Made by a program: the position numbers and the translations under genes. DNA of 20,000 bases from an uncultured virus (IMG/VR IMGVR_UViG_3300024505_000864) (lineage: Duplodnaviria > Heunggongvirae > Uroviricota > Caudoviricetes). Location: IMG/VR virus record IMGVR_UViG_3300024505_000864, one strand, 5' to 3'. The notes below the pieces were generated by a model. That model saw only the letters and a list, made by a program, of their open reading frames with translations. It was not told where the DNA came from and did no database searches. Below, one piece after another: positions 1-7,241 of the stretch (positions are counted from its first letter, which is position 1; every line of letters begins with the position of its first letter).

Positions 1-277
1 GCATCGCAACGTTATGGACATACCCAGAGACCGAAACGGTAATGCCAGGGTGCTCCAGAGGTCCCCAGTGACCCTTATCATTCGATAGGAGACGTTCTAC
101 AATCCATTTGCCACACCCAGATGAATTTGGAATGTCTTGAGTATGAATAGGTGTCTCAGAGTAATCACACTTTGCTGCCTGATAAATGACTTGTTCTGGA
201 ATTGGATAGCATTGTAGCATTACTACTTCCAAATTTTTATCAAGTTCAAGAAGATCTTTTGCTTTAATTGGTTTCAT
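1..277 (-). CDS. thyX: FAD-dependent thymidylate synthase ThyX, 5' part (runs off the window)
   Basis: Manual translation from ATG 277: MKPIKAKDLLELDKNLEVVMLQCYPIPEQVIYQAAKCDYSE...RLLSNDKGHWGPLEHPGITVSVSGYVHNVAM. GHxGPLEH is typical of cyanobacterial and cyanophage ThyX. Not in the ORF track. Confidence 0.85.
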   Translation of the reverse strand, partial: MKPIKAKDLLELDKNLEVVMLQCYPIPEQVIYQAAKCDYSETPIHTQDIPNSSGCGKWIVERLLSNDKGHWGPLEHPGITVSVSGYVHNVAM

Positions 278-435
278 TTTGTTCCAAATCCTTTACTAGT
301 TTTTTTCTTATTTTCTTTCAGAAGACTTTCAATATTAATCATTTCCTTTTTCATGTACGAAAGTTCTTCATCACTATAAAGATGATCTTGCTTCAATGCT
401 TTTTTGATCATCTTCAATATTGCCTTTTCTCTCAT
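274..435 (-). CDS. Small hypothetical protein, 53 aa (MREKAILKMIKKALKQDHLYSDEEL...SKGFGTK)
   Basis: Manual translation. ATGA stop/start overlap with thyX. C-terminal KGFG ending is common in small cyanophage ORFs. Confidence 0.75.
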   Translation of the reverse strand: MREKAILKMIKKALKQDHLYSDEELSYMKKEMINIESLLKENKKKTSKGFGTK

Positions 436-441
436 TTTTAA

Positions 442-594
442 TTACTCATCGAAGATTTCATCATAGTCCATAATAGAAGAATCTACAACATAATTATCTT
501 TTACAGTTGTTTTATCTTCAATCATTTCAAGTTTTAATTGGTTAAGTAACAACTCCATATTTTTTATAATGAGTTTTATACGTTCTTTATCCAT
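442..594 (-). CDS. Small hypothetical protein, 50 aa (MDKERIKLIIKNMELLL...DYDEIFDE)
   Basis: Manual translation. Tight operon packing directly downstream of a promoter. Confidence 0.7.
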   Translation of the reverse strand: MDKERIKLIIKNMELLLNQLKLEMIEDKTTVKDNYVVDSSIMDYDEIFDE

Positions 595-611
595 AAATAA
601 ATGTTTTTTTA

Positions 612-640
612 ATTTTACATAAAAAAAGGGGGGAAGTCAA
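612..640 (-). promoter_or_regulatory. Sigma70-like (early) promoter overlapping the terminator
   Basis: TTGACT (640-635), 17-nt spacer, TAAAAT (617-612). Confidence 0.6.
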
Positions 641-650
641 GTCCCCCTTC
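621..650 (-). terminator. Rho-independent terminator ending the riboswitch/DUF4278 unit
   Basis: GAAGGGGGA-CTTGACT-TCCCCCC followed by T7 on the minus strand, just after the stop at 654. Confidence 0.8.
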
Positions 651-653
651 ATA

Positions 654-755
654 TTATTTTGCTGCTAACAAAGTAGCAAGAGATGCTTGATGACGACGTT
701 CTTCTTTTTGTTTTTGTTCTTTAATCAATTGAAGTACATTAATAGTTTTAATCAT
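654..755 (-). CDS. 33-aa basic helical peptide (MIKTINVLQLIKEQKQKEERRHQASLATLLAAK)
   Basis: Manual translation. ATGA overlap with the DUF4278 ORF and a GGAGG RBS upstream. Confidence 0.7.
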   Translation of the reverse strand: MIKTINVLQLIKEQKQKEERRHQASLATLLAAK

Positions 756-889
756 TTATGTCCCTCCTTTACAAACTTAACCCCACGATAGGTCTCGTTG
801 TATTGTTGAGGTTGTTGCATCATTTGTTGTTGATACTCAAGACGTTTTTGGGTATCATACTCGACACCACGATAAACTACTTTAGACAT
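752..889 (-). CDS. DUF4278-family peptide, 45 aa (MSKVVYRGVEYDTQKRLEYQQQMMQQPQQYNETYRGVKFVKEGHK)
   Basis: Two YRGV motifs characteristic of DUF4278. AAAGGAG RBS at 904-898. Lies downstream of glutamine-riboswitch-like motifs. Confidence 0.85.
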   Translation of the reverse strand: MSKVVYRGVEYDTQKRLEYQQQMMQQPQQYNETYRGVKFVKEGHK

Positions 890-923
890 TAGGGTTGCTC
901 CTTTACTTTTTAAGGTTAGGTGG

Positions 924-965
924 CGTTCCTTCCGTCGGCTTTTGCGTCCCTTAGTAGGATGAACG
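924..965 (-). ncRNA. Glutamine riboswitch-like aptamer 2 (glnA / Downstream-peptide family)
   Basis: CGTTC-A-TCCT-ACTA-AGGG-ACGCAAAAGCCGACGGAAG-GAACG. P1 is CGUUC/GAACG with a short P2. It sits directly upstream of DUF4278, the usual context for these motifs. Confidence 0.8.
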
Positions 966-1009
966 ACCTACTCTTTTTCCACAATAGGTATAGAAAAACA
1001 TAGGCATTC

Positions 1010-1261
1010 CGTTCCGAGTCGGCGTACTTCCGTCCTATTTAATTTTAGCACTTTTGAATAAAATCCTTTCGGAGTTCTAATAGCAATCGGTCTTCTGTTC
1101 TTTGATTAACTACATCGTCGTTTTTAACGATGTCCATTAGTTCCCACACAGTATCACAACTAAGTTTAACTGCATATTCAGTTGCAGTTAGTTGTGAAGT
1201 AGAAAAAGAAAGAAATGGAACCCATGCTAAAAGCAAAAGTGCTTTAGCCATAGGATGAACG
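1010..1261 (-). ncRNA. Glutamine riboswitch-like aptamer 1 with a ~210-nt ORF-containing P2 loop
   Basis: 5' half CGTTCA-TCCTAT (1261-1250). 3' half ATAGGA-CGGAAGTACGCCGACTCG-GAACG (1038-1010). Contains the GGAAGUA junction of glnA aptamers and shares GCCGAC with aptamer 2. Confidence 0.7.
1045..1251 (-). CDS. 68-aa hypothetical protein with signal-peptide-like N-terminus, nested in aptamer 1
   Basis: ORF track. Hydrophobic MAKALLLLAWVPFLSFS start and two Cys. Nearly leaderless relative to the predicted promoter. Confidence 0.6.
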   Translation of the reverse strand: MAKALLLLAWVPFLSFSTSQLTATEYAVKLSCDTVWELMDIVKNDDVVNQRTEDRLLLELRKDFIQKC

Positions 1262-1269
1262 ATAATTGC

Positions 1270-1298
1270 AGTATACTACCTACAATATATCTAGTCAA
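1270..1298 (-). promoter_or_regulatory. Sigma70-like promoter for the riboswitch leader
   Basis: TTGACT (1298-1293), 17 nt, TATACT (1275-1270). Predicted TSS at about 1263, at the aptamer 5' end. Confidence 0.75.
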
Positions 1299-1314
1299 TT
1301 ATTTTGTAACAAAT

Positions 1315-1569
1315 TTATTTTTTCTTTTTATTTTCTTTTACTTGATATCCGTATGTTTTAGGATTTACCGTACCAGAAGTCCAATCAATGCTTTTTACAT
1401 TTCTATAATTATCATAATAATAATCAAAAATTTCTACTCTAGATCCAGATTGCACAATATCATAAACAGGATGTTGAGCATCATCTAGATATGAAACTAA
1501 GTATGAATTTCTAGGTAACTCTTTATTTTTTGCGTAGGTTGGATCGCAATCTCTGTGAATAATGTTCAT
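1315..1569 (-). CDS. Cyanophage-type hypothetical protein, 84 aa
   Basis: ORF track, same strand as neighbours and tightly packed. Confidence 0.75.
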   Translation of the reverse strand: MNIIHRDCDPTYAKNKELPRNSYLVSYLDDAQHPVYDIVQSGSRVEIFDYYYDNYRNVKSIDWTSGTVNPKTYGYQVKENKKKK

Positions 1570-1576
1570 TTAAATT

Positions 1577-2194
1577 TTATCTATTAACTTCCCATGTAAT
1601 ATCAGGATAGGCTTCAGATACAATTTCTTTTGTAATGTTATACTTAGATTGTAATTTTTTATCTTTAACTAGACACATGATCTCTGCATCCAATGGATGT
1701 AAACCTTCTAGCATTTGAATAAACATACTTTCACGACGAAGTTTAGGAACTCCTGCATTTCCAGGAACACCATTCTTAGACATTACAAAATTAATTAGTT
1801 TTTCATATTCAGTTCTTAATGTTGTATGTCCTGTTCTAATTTTTTCAGTATAGCTTACAGAAGAACTTTTTTCTACTTCCATTTTTTCAACTTCTTTTCC
1901 AATCCTTTCTGAAATTGATCCAGTTTTTACTAGATCATCAGAAACTGTTCCATATGGAACTTCACCTTCAGGTAACATGGAAATTACATTATCATCAAAA
2001 TTCCAAATAAAAATAGCCTTCAATGAAGGATGTTCATGTTCTTTAAGAATTTGAACTTTTTTTGCATTCGTTCTTTGCTTACTTACCAATTGAAAAACTT
2101 CAAAAACAAAAGGATTATTTGGAAGTTTTTCAATTTTATCTACTGTTGCTTTTGTAGTAGTACTAGTTTTTTTTCTAGTTGTTGTAGAAGTCAT
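1577..2194 (-). CDS. Conserved T4-like phage protein (DUF6433-like)
   Basis: Motifs LPEGEVPY and RRESMFIQMLEGLHPLDAEI..VKDKKL recalled from this family. Confidence 0.75.
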   Translation of the reverse strand: MTSTTTRKKTSTTTKATVDKIEKLPNNPFVFEVFQLVSKQRTNAKKVQILKEHEHPSLKAIFIWNFDDNVISMLPEGEVPYGTVSDDLVKTGSISERIGKEVEKMEVEKSSSVSYTEKIRTGHTTLRTEYEKLINFVMSKNGVPGNAGVPKLRRESMFIQMLEGLHPLDAEIMCLVKDKKLQSKYNITKEIVSEAYPDITWEVNR

Positions 2195-2229
2195 AATTGT
2201 TTCAATTCATTTGTACTATCTAGTCTAAC

Positions 2230-2463
2230 TCAATCGTCATCATCGTCATCATCTTCATTCTCAAAATATCCATTTTCAAATCTTACTGCAAGTATTTCAT
2301 CTGGCATGACGTTTCCATTTTCATCAAACATCTCAGGGTGCATGAAAATTCTTTGAGGTTGCGTCTCGTAGGAGTGTGTCTTTGCTAACCAGCCAATTAC
2401 CGACCCTACACATAAAAACAAAATACTAATTAAACAAAAAATAGTGAGTTCTGCTGCTAACAT
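2230..2463 (-). CDS. Hypothetical single-pass membrane protein with acidic tail
   Basis: N-terminal hydrophobic helix, HPEMFDENGN...ILAVRFEN, poly-Asp end. Confidence 0.75.
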   Translation of the reverse strand: MLAAELTIFCLISILFLCVGSVIGWLAKTHSYETQPQRIFMHPEMFDENGNVMPDEILAVRFENGYFENEDDDDDDD

Positions 2464-2663
2464 CTTTTTTCTCCTGAGATGTTGGTTTTTCTTTTAATAA
2501 AGAATTCTATTTGAAAATTAAATTCCCATCTTAAAATAGAAAATTTTTTTTTCAAACTAAATTTCTTACTTTTATTTTGTTCCCTTTTAGTTTTCTCCCT
2601 ATGAAGCAGTAGTTCGACTCCACGATTTCTTTCGTGAATACTATTATTTAGATCTATCATCAA
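2457..2663 (-). CDS. Hypothetical basic protein, 68 aa
   Basis: ORF track. Overlaps both neighbours in operon fashion. Confidence 0.65.
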   Translation of the reverse strand: MMIDLNNSIHERNRGVELLLHREKTKREQNKSKKFSLKKKFSILRWEFNFQIEFFIKRKTNISGEKRC

Positions 2664-2911
2664 AGAAGATTATTTTCTTGCAGATATTTAACCGTATCTA
2701 CACATCCACCAAGATGCTCAGTATCGTTCATAATAATTTGTGGGAAAGTAGATCCTTGTCCAAATTCTGCATAAAACTCTTCTGCAGTAAAATCTGTACC
2801 CAATTCATAACAAATTACAGGAGTTCCTCTCTTAATACTTAAATCTCCAAGAACCATTTTAATTTTGTCACAGAATGGACATCCAAGTTTTGAATAAATT
2901 GTAAAATTCAT
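2660..2911 (-). CDS. nrdC: Glutaredoxin (T4 NrdC-like)
   Basis: CPFC active site, TFPQI cis-Pro motif and LGGC. Confidence 0.9.
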   Translation of the reverse strand: MNFTIYSKLGCPFCDKIKMVLGDLSIKRGTPVICYELGTDFTAEEFYAEFGQGSTFPQIIMNDTEHLGGCVDTVKYLQENNLL

Positions 2912-2918
2912 AGTAATT

Positions 2919-3293
2919 TTAAATTGCTGTATTGTTTTTACGTGGTCTATAAACTCTCAATTCTTGTTTAGAAAGTTGAGTCCTCCATTCTACTATATCA
3001 CTGTATCTTTGCAATGTAAAGAACTCCTGTCTGCGAAACCAAGTTTCCCAATTTTCATGTGCTTTAGATCGATTACACTTTTCACATGCACATATAACAT
3101 TCGTTAAATGATCAGTTCCACCTTTAGATTGTGGAATTATATGATCCATTGTTAAATTTTCATCAGATTTACAATAAGCACATTTGTACTCCCATTTTTC
3201 TTTAATTGAATTTTTCCATAATCTTCTAGATTCAGATGTTGAAGAAGTTTCAAGATTATACAAATAATCTTCTGAAGAATTGTAGAGTTGCAT
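2919..3293 (-). CDS. HNH endonuclease (Zn-binding, McrA-like)
   Basis: CAYC...LTMDHIIPQSKGG...NVICACEKCNRSK. Confidence 0.9.
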   Translation of the reverse strand: MQLYNSSEDYLYNLETSSTSESRRLWKNSIKEKWEYKCAYCKSDENLTMDHIIPQSKGGTDHLTNVICACEKCNRSKAHENWETWFRRQEFFTLQRYSDIVEWRTQLSKQELRVYRPRKNNTAI

Positions 3294-3317
3294 TCTTTAT
3301 TATAGAACTTGTAATAT

Positions 3318-3521
3318 CTAGTGAGATTTTTTAGTAGTATTTTTCCTTTTACATGCATCTCTTGCCCAAGCACGAGAAAGACTATTCACATACGAACAGG
3401 ATGTATTATCTTTCCCACAATATGGACATTTAGAATCTGGTGGATCTGAAAGATATCCTTCAGGTGTATACATCCTTTTCTTCTTTTGATTCTCTGCTTG
3501 TTTTTTCTTTCTGTGATTCAT
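3318..3521 (-). CDS. Small basic Cys-rich hypothetical protein
   Basis: CPYC plus two more Cys. Overlaps the upstream ORF. Confidence 0.65.
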   Translation of the reverse strand: MNHRKKKQAENQKKKRMYTPEGYLSDPPDSKCPYCGKDNTSCSYVNSLSRAWARDACKRKNTTKKSH

Positions 3522-3835
3522 ATAATCACAGGTTCCCCTTGACCTTCGGGAAGTTTGATCTGAGATAATTGCCTTCCAAATGCCATAGATTCTTCTATTT
3601 CCAGAGATCCACCAAAACCACTAGTCTTGTTTACTACAATTTCTGTTGTTGGAAGTGCTTTTGGAATTTCAATATCAATAACATCACTCATCAACATTTT
3701 ATTTACTCTATACTCACGATTTTGTGGATCCATGGAGATCAACATCCTTGCATCTTCCCTAGTACCACAATCTGCAATTTTTTTTCCAGTTCTTTTGTGA
3801 AATACTGAAAAATACTCTTCGTTATACTTTTTCAT
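3518..3835 (-). CDS. Hypothetical protein, 105 aa
   Basis: ORF track and operon packing. Confidence 0.7.
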   Translation of the reverse strand: MKKYNEEYFSVFHKRTGKKIADCGTREDARMLISMDPQNREYRVNKMLMSDVIDIEIPKALPTTEIVVNKTSGFGGSLEIEESMAFGRQLSQIKLPEGQGEPVII

Positions 3836-3944
3836 TTTTTAAAATCTTTTGATTACTATAGGTTTTTATGGGAATCCTGTAAAGTCCAGGCCAAGTATCA
3901 CGGATAATTTCTGAAAGTTTATTCGGTGTAGTAGATGATATCAT
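3822..3944 (-). CDS. Small hypothetical protein, 40 aa (MISSTTPNKLSEIIRDTWPGLYR...)
   Basis: Manual translation. ATGA overlap with the 3941..4495 ORF and fills the gap to the next gene. Confidence 0.6.
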   Translation of the reverse strand: MISSTTPNKLSEIIRDTWPGLYRIPIKTYSNQKILKNEKV

Positions 3945-4495
3945 ACTAATATAAAATTAGACTTACGTTGTTGAGATAATAGCATTAGAATTTTAGGATC
4001 TTTTGCACTCTTTTTTACAGATTCATAATAATCATAATATCCATTATGGAGAATAATTGCATCTTTCAATGATCCAGTTTGGTTTTGCAAACGTCGAAGT
4101 TTACTTGACAATAACCAAACTGTTACTTCATCGTCATCCAATAGTTCTTTTTTTGGAGGAAGTCCTTGTATTACCAATTCATTTATCCCCAATTGTGCAA
4201 CTCCAAAAGTTTTTAAATCTACTGGTTTGCGGTGAATAATCTCTTCATAAAGAATTGCAGAAATTACATTTTCTGGAATATTAAATTGTTTACTAGAAAC
4301 TTTAATGTATGGAATTAGAGTTTCTAGTTTCCTATAAGCAAATTCTCTAGTCACAGGGACATTTGATACAACCTTACTAATCACTGTTGGAGTGATTGTT
4401 CGGTCTTTTACTCCATAATTACTAAGAGTTTTATTTTGACTCTTAATTGGAATAAAAGAAAAAATTATAATACTCAATAAAAAAAGTCTTTTCAT
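3941..4495 (-). CDS. Putative exported lysozyme-like / lytic transglycosylase-fold protein
   Basis: Signal-peptide-like start. IKVSSKQFNIPENVISAILYEE, FGVAQL and AIILHNG resemble SLT motifs I, II and III. Confidence 0.5.
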   Translation of the reverse strand: MKRLFLLSIIIFSFIPIKSQNKTLSNYGVKDRTITPTVISKVVSNVPVTREFAYRKLETLIPYIKVSSKQFNIPENVISAILYEEIIHRKPVDLKTFGVAQLGINELVIQGLPPKKELLDDDEVTVWLLSSKLRRLQNQTGSLKDAIILHNGYYDYYESVKKSAKDPKILMLLSQQRKSNFILV

Positions 4496-4566
4496 AAATC
4501 TTGAAGTATGGACAGTATGAACATAAAAATTCCGAAGAGTTGAAATAGGACTAAGATGAGTAACAT
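4492..4566 (-). CDS. 24-aa hydrophobic peptide (MLLILVLFQLFGIFMFILSILQDL)
   Basis: Manual translation. ATGA overlap with the downstream ORF. One predicted TM helix. Confidence 0.5.
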   Translation of the reverse strand: MLLILVLFQLFGIFMFILSILQDL

Positions 4567-4592
4567 TTTAATCTTTTACTAGTAATTTGAAT

Positions 4593-5627
4593 TTATCTAA
4601 CGTGATGTCCACCGAACATATATCTCATACCATTAAGGATTTTAGATCCGAATGAACCGAGATTTCGAGAGTTAAATCTTTCAAATAGTGCCGTGGTAAT
4701 AACAGGAGCAGGAACTCCAAGATCGACAGCAGCAGAAACAGTCCAACGTCCCTCACCACTATCAGATACCCCACCAGAGAACTTTTTAAGATCACCATCC
4801 TTGCGTAGTACATCCGCAGTAAGATCAAGTAACCAAGAACCAACTACACTACCACGACGCCATAATTCAGCAACCTCTGCAACATTGATATCATAACAGT
4901 AACTTTCAGGATCTGCCATAGGTGCAACTTCAGCATCACCTTCTTTAATGTATTGAGATCCATTATTTGCATTCTTGAGAATATTGAATCCTTCGGCATA
5001 TGCCTGCATCATTCCATATTCAATACCATTATGCACCATCTTCACAAAATGACCTGCACCAGGTCCACCACAATGCAACCAACCATATTCTGCAGAAGTT
5101 AGATCAGATGTTGGATCTGTTCTATGGCAGGAGTGAATGTCTGGGGAGAGTGCAGAGAATATTTTTGAACAAGTGGAGACCGCAGTATTTCCACCACCAA
5201 CCATAAGACAGTATCCACGATCCAAACCGTAAACACCACCGCTAGTACCACAATCAATATATTGGATGCCCAGTTTTGCCAGACGTTCTGCTCTTTTCCG
5301 ACTGTCTTTAAAATTGCTATTGCCATGATCAATAATAATATCTCCTTCACTACAATATCGTAGTAACTCATTGATCGTCTCCTCTACAGTTTCAGCAGGC
5401 ACAACCATCATAAAAATTCCTGGTTGAGTTTCACCCTTTTTATTTTGTTTAACTACTTTAACAAGGTTTTCAATATCATCTACAATTCCATTAACATATC
5501 CTTTTTCAAATGCTTCTTGTGCTTTTTCATAATTCCTACGATAACCCCAGACTTCGATATCTGCTTTCATCATACGACGGGACATTCCTTCCCCCATCCG
5601 ACCAAGACCAATTAATCCTACTTTCAT
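4593..5627 (-). CDS. gnd: 6-phosphogluconate dehydrogenase (short, decarboxylating type); auxiliary metabolic gene
   Basis: GLIGLGRMG dinucleotide-binding motif, IDHGNS, DCGTSGG, GHFVKMVHNGIEYG, SDSGEGRWT. Confidence 0.97.
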   Translation of the reverse strand: MKVGLIGLGRMGEGMSRRMMKADIEVWGYRRNYEKAQEAFEKGYVNGIVDDIENLVKVVKQNKKGETQPGIFMMVVPAETVEETINELLRYCSEGDIIIDHGNSNFKDSRKRAERLAKLGIQYIDCGTSGGVYGLDRGYCLMVGGGNTAVSTCSKIFSALSPDIHSCHRTDPTSDLTSAEYGWLHCGGPGAGHFVKMVHNGIEYGMMQAYAEGFNILKNANNGSQYIKEGDAEVAPMADPESYCYDINVAEVAELWRRGSVVGSWLLDLTADVLRKDGDLKKFSGGVSDSGEGRWTVSAAVDLGVPAPVITTALFERFNSRNLGSFGSKILNGMRYMFGGHHVR

Positions 5628-5834
5628 TTAATCCTCCCAAGTTTCGTATTGTTCTTTAAAATAAGCATCAACTTTTTTTAAATCGTCTAAATGAATATTA
5701 CAAACATAATCATTCTCATCGCACCATTCTAATGCAAATGCATGTATTCTTTCATCACTTTTTGTTTTATTAACACCATAAATTCTAGAGAAAGATGACA
5801 TTACAAAATGCCAACATTGATGTTTCTCTTTCAT
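5628..5834 (-). CDS. Hypothetical protein, 68 aa
   Basis: ORF track. Abuts gnd and talC. Confidence 0.7.
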   Translation of the reverse strand: MKEKHQCWHFVMSSFSRIYGVNKTKSDERIHAFALEWCDENDYVCNIHLDDLKKVDAYFKEQYETWED

Positions 5835-5843
5835 TTTTCCTTT

Positions 5844-6503
5844 TTACTTTTTACTTTTAAGAACTTTTTCCCAATCATTCTGGAAAAGTTCCAGACCCTT
5901 ATCAGTCATAATGTTCTTATACATTCCCCAGAATACAACTGGTGGAATAGTAACTACATCAGCACCAGAAAGAGCAGATTGTTCTACTTGCCTTACGTCA
6001 CGAAGAGATGCAGCAAGGATTTGTGTTGATGTACCTGAATAATCAAATGCATTACGAATATTTTTAATCAACTCAATCCCATCAATTGAATTATCCATCC
6101 AACGACCTACGAAAGGTGAGATGAATGTTGCCCCTGCTTTAGACGCAAGAATTGCCTGAGCAACTGAGAATACTAATGTTACGTTAGTTTGAATTCCCTT
6201 ATCAGAAAGGAATTTACAAGCTTTAAGACCCTCTACTGTGCAAGGAACTTTAATTGTAACTGCAGGTGCAATTGTGTAATATTTTTGTGCCTCAGAAAGC
6301 ATTTCTTCTGCAGTATCTGCGACAACTTCTGCGGAAATGCTCTGTAAGTTTGAAAAGTCTGTTGCAATCTCGTGGATGACCTGTAAAAGTTGTCTTCCAC
6401 TTTTAAGAATTAATGATGGATTTGTGGTAACACCATCTAATAATCCTGTTTCATATGCAGGTTTAATTAAGGAAACATCTGCAGTATCTAAAAATATCTT
6501 CAT
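5844..6503 (-). CDS. talC: Transaldolase (TalC / FSA family); auxiliary metabolic gene
   Basis: FLDTAD, GVTTNPSL, IKVP Schiff-base Lys, TNVTLVFS, SPFVGR, ILAASLR. Confidence 0.97.
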   Translation of the reverse strand: MKIFLDTADVSLIKPAYETGLLDGVTTNPSLILKSGRQLLQVIHEIATDFSNLQSISAEVVADTAEEMLSEAQKYYTIAPAVTIKVPCTVEGLKACKFLSDKGIQTNVTLVFSVAQAILASKAGATFISPFVGRWMDNSIDGIELIKNIRNAFDYSGTSTQILAASLRDVRQVEQSALSGADVVTIPPVVFWGMYKNIMTDKGLELFQNDWEKVLKSKK

Positions 6504-6578
6504 AAAAAAAGAAAGAACTTATAACTAATTATAATAAATTTTATCTAGGTTTTTATGAATTGTTATGAATTAAATATA

Positions 6579-7139
6579 TTACAATCTTTTTAGATTTTCT
6601 ACTAACAATTCCAGTTCTTGTAGAGATGCGTCGTTTTTAAGTGTGTTTGCTCTATTACTGATGACCCATACATTGCCTTTTATGTATCCCTTTTCTGGAA
6701 TGATTTTATCCAATGAAGGACTATTTGGATGATATCCTTTCTTTGGTTGTATCTCAATAGGAATACCAAGCAAAGGGCAAGTTTCTGGAATGACTATATC
6801 AGTAAGTTCAAGATTAAATGGAATATTATTTTGTTTTGCCCTACTCTTTGCTCTTGTTAACATCCTATATTCAACTGACTTTGATACTGCGTTTGGGTCA
6901 AATCTTTTTTTATTTGTCTCAACAGATCTTTCAGTTCTTAAACATCCACAAGATTGAGTTTTACCACTCAATAAACACTCCCTTCTTGTAGATTTGGTTT
7001 TACCACCACAAGAACAAGAACACTCACATAAAATATATTTTGGACCAGAACGATATTCATTTTCAACAGTCAATCTTCCAAAAGTTTTTCCAATTAAACC
7101 ACCACACGGAATTGATTTTTTATTTAAAGTCATACTCAT
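6579..7139 (-). CDS. Free-standing HNH-like homing endonuclease downstream of psbD
   Basis: N-terminal GKTFGRLTV...CECSCG...SCGC domain. C-terminal CPLLG...SLDKIIPEKGYIKGNVWVISNRANTLKN. Late promoter upstream. Confidence 0.75.
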   Translation of the reverse strand: MSMTLNKKSIPCGGLIGKTFGRLTVENEYRSGPKYILCECSCSCGGKTKSTRRECLLSGKTQSCGCLRTERSVETNKKRFDPNAVSKSVEYRMLTRAKSRAKQNNIPFNLELTDIVIPETCPLLGIPIEIQPKKGYHPNSPSLDKIIPEKGYIKGNVWVISNRANTLKNDASLQELELLVENLKRL

Positions 7140-7190
7140 TAACTACTCTATTATTATTTATATAATACCATAGTTAGGGTCATAAGTCAA
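7140..7190 (-). promoter_or_regulatory. T4-type late promoter inside a hairpin, plus a sigma70-like promoter
   Basis: TATAAATA at 7162-7155. TAACTA/TAGTTA arms at 7176-7171 and 7145-7140. TTGACT (7190-7185), 17 nt, TATTAT. Confidence 0.65.
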
Positions 7191-7191
7191 T

Positions 7192-7214
7192 AAAAAAGAC
7201 CCCGAAGGGTCTTT
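7192..7214 (-). terminator. Rho-independent terminator of psbD
   Basis: AAAGACCC-TTCG-GGGTCTTT-TTT, a cUUCGg tetraloop hairpin. Confidence 0.85.
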
Positions 7215-7241
7215 GCGTTTCCGCAGGGTATTATATTTTTA

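Noticed and set aside
1306..1319. NtcA box upstream of the riboswitch promoter
   Set aside because: GTAACAAATTTATT matches only one half of GTA-N8-TAC, which is too weak to call.
6553..6571. TTATGAATT direct repeat upstream of talC as a Pho box
   Set aside because: Two copies with a 10-bp period in very AT-rich DNA and a poor match to the Pho consensus. Cannot be supported.
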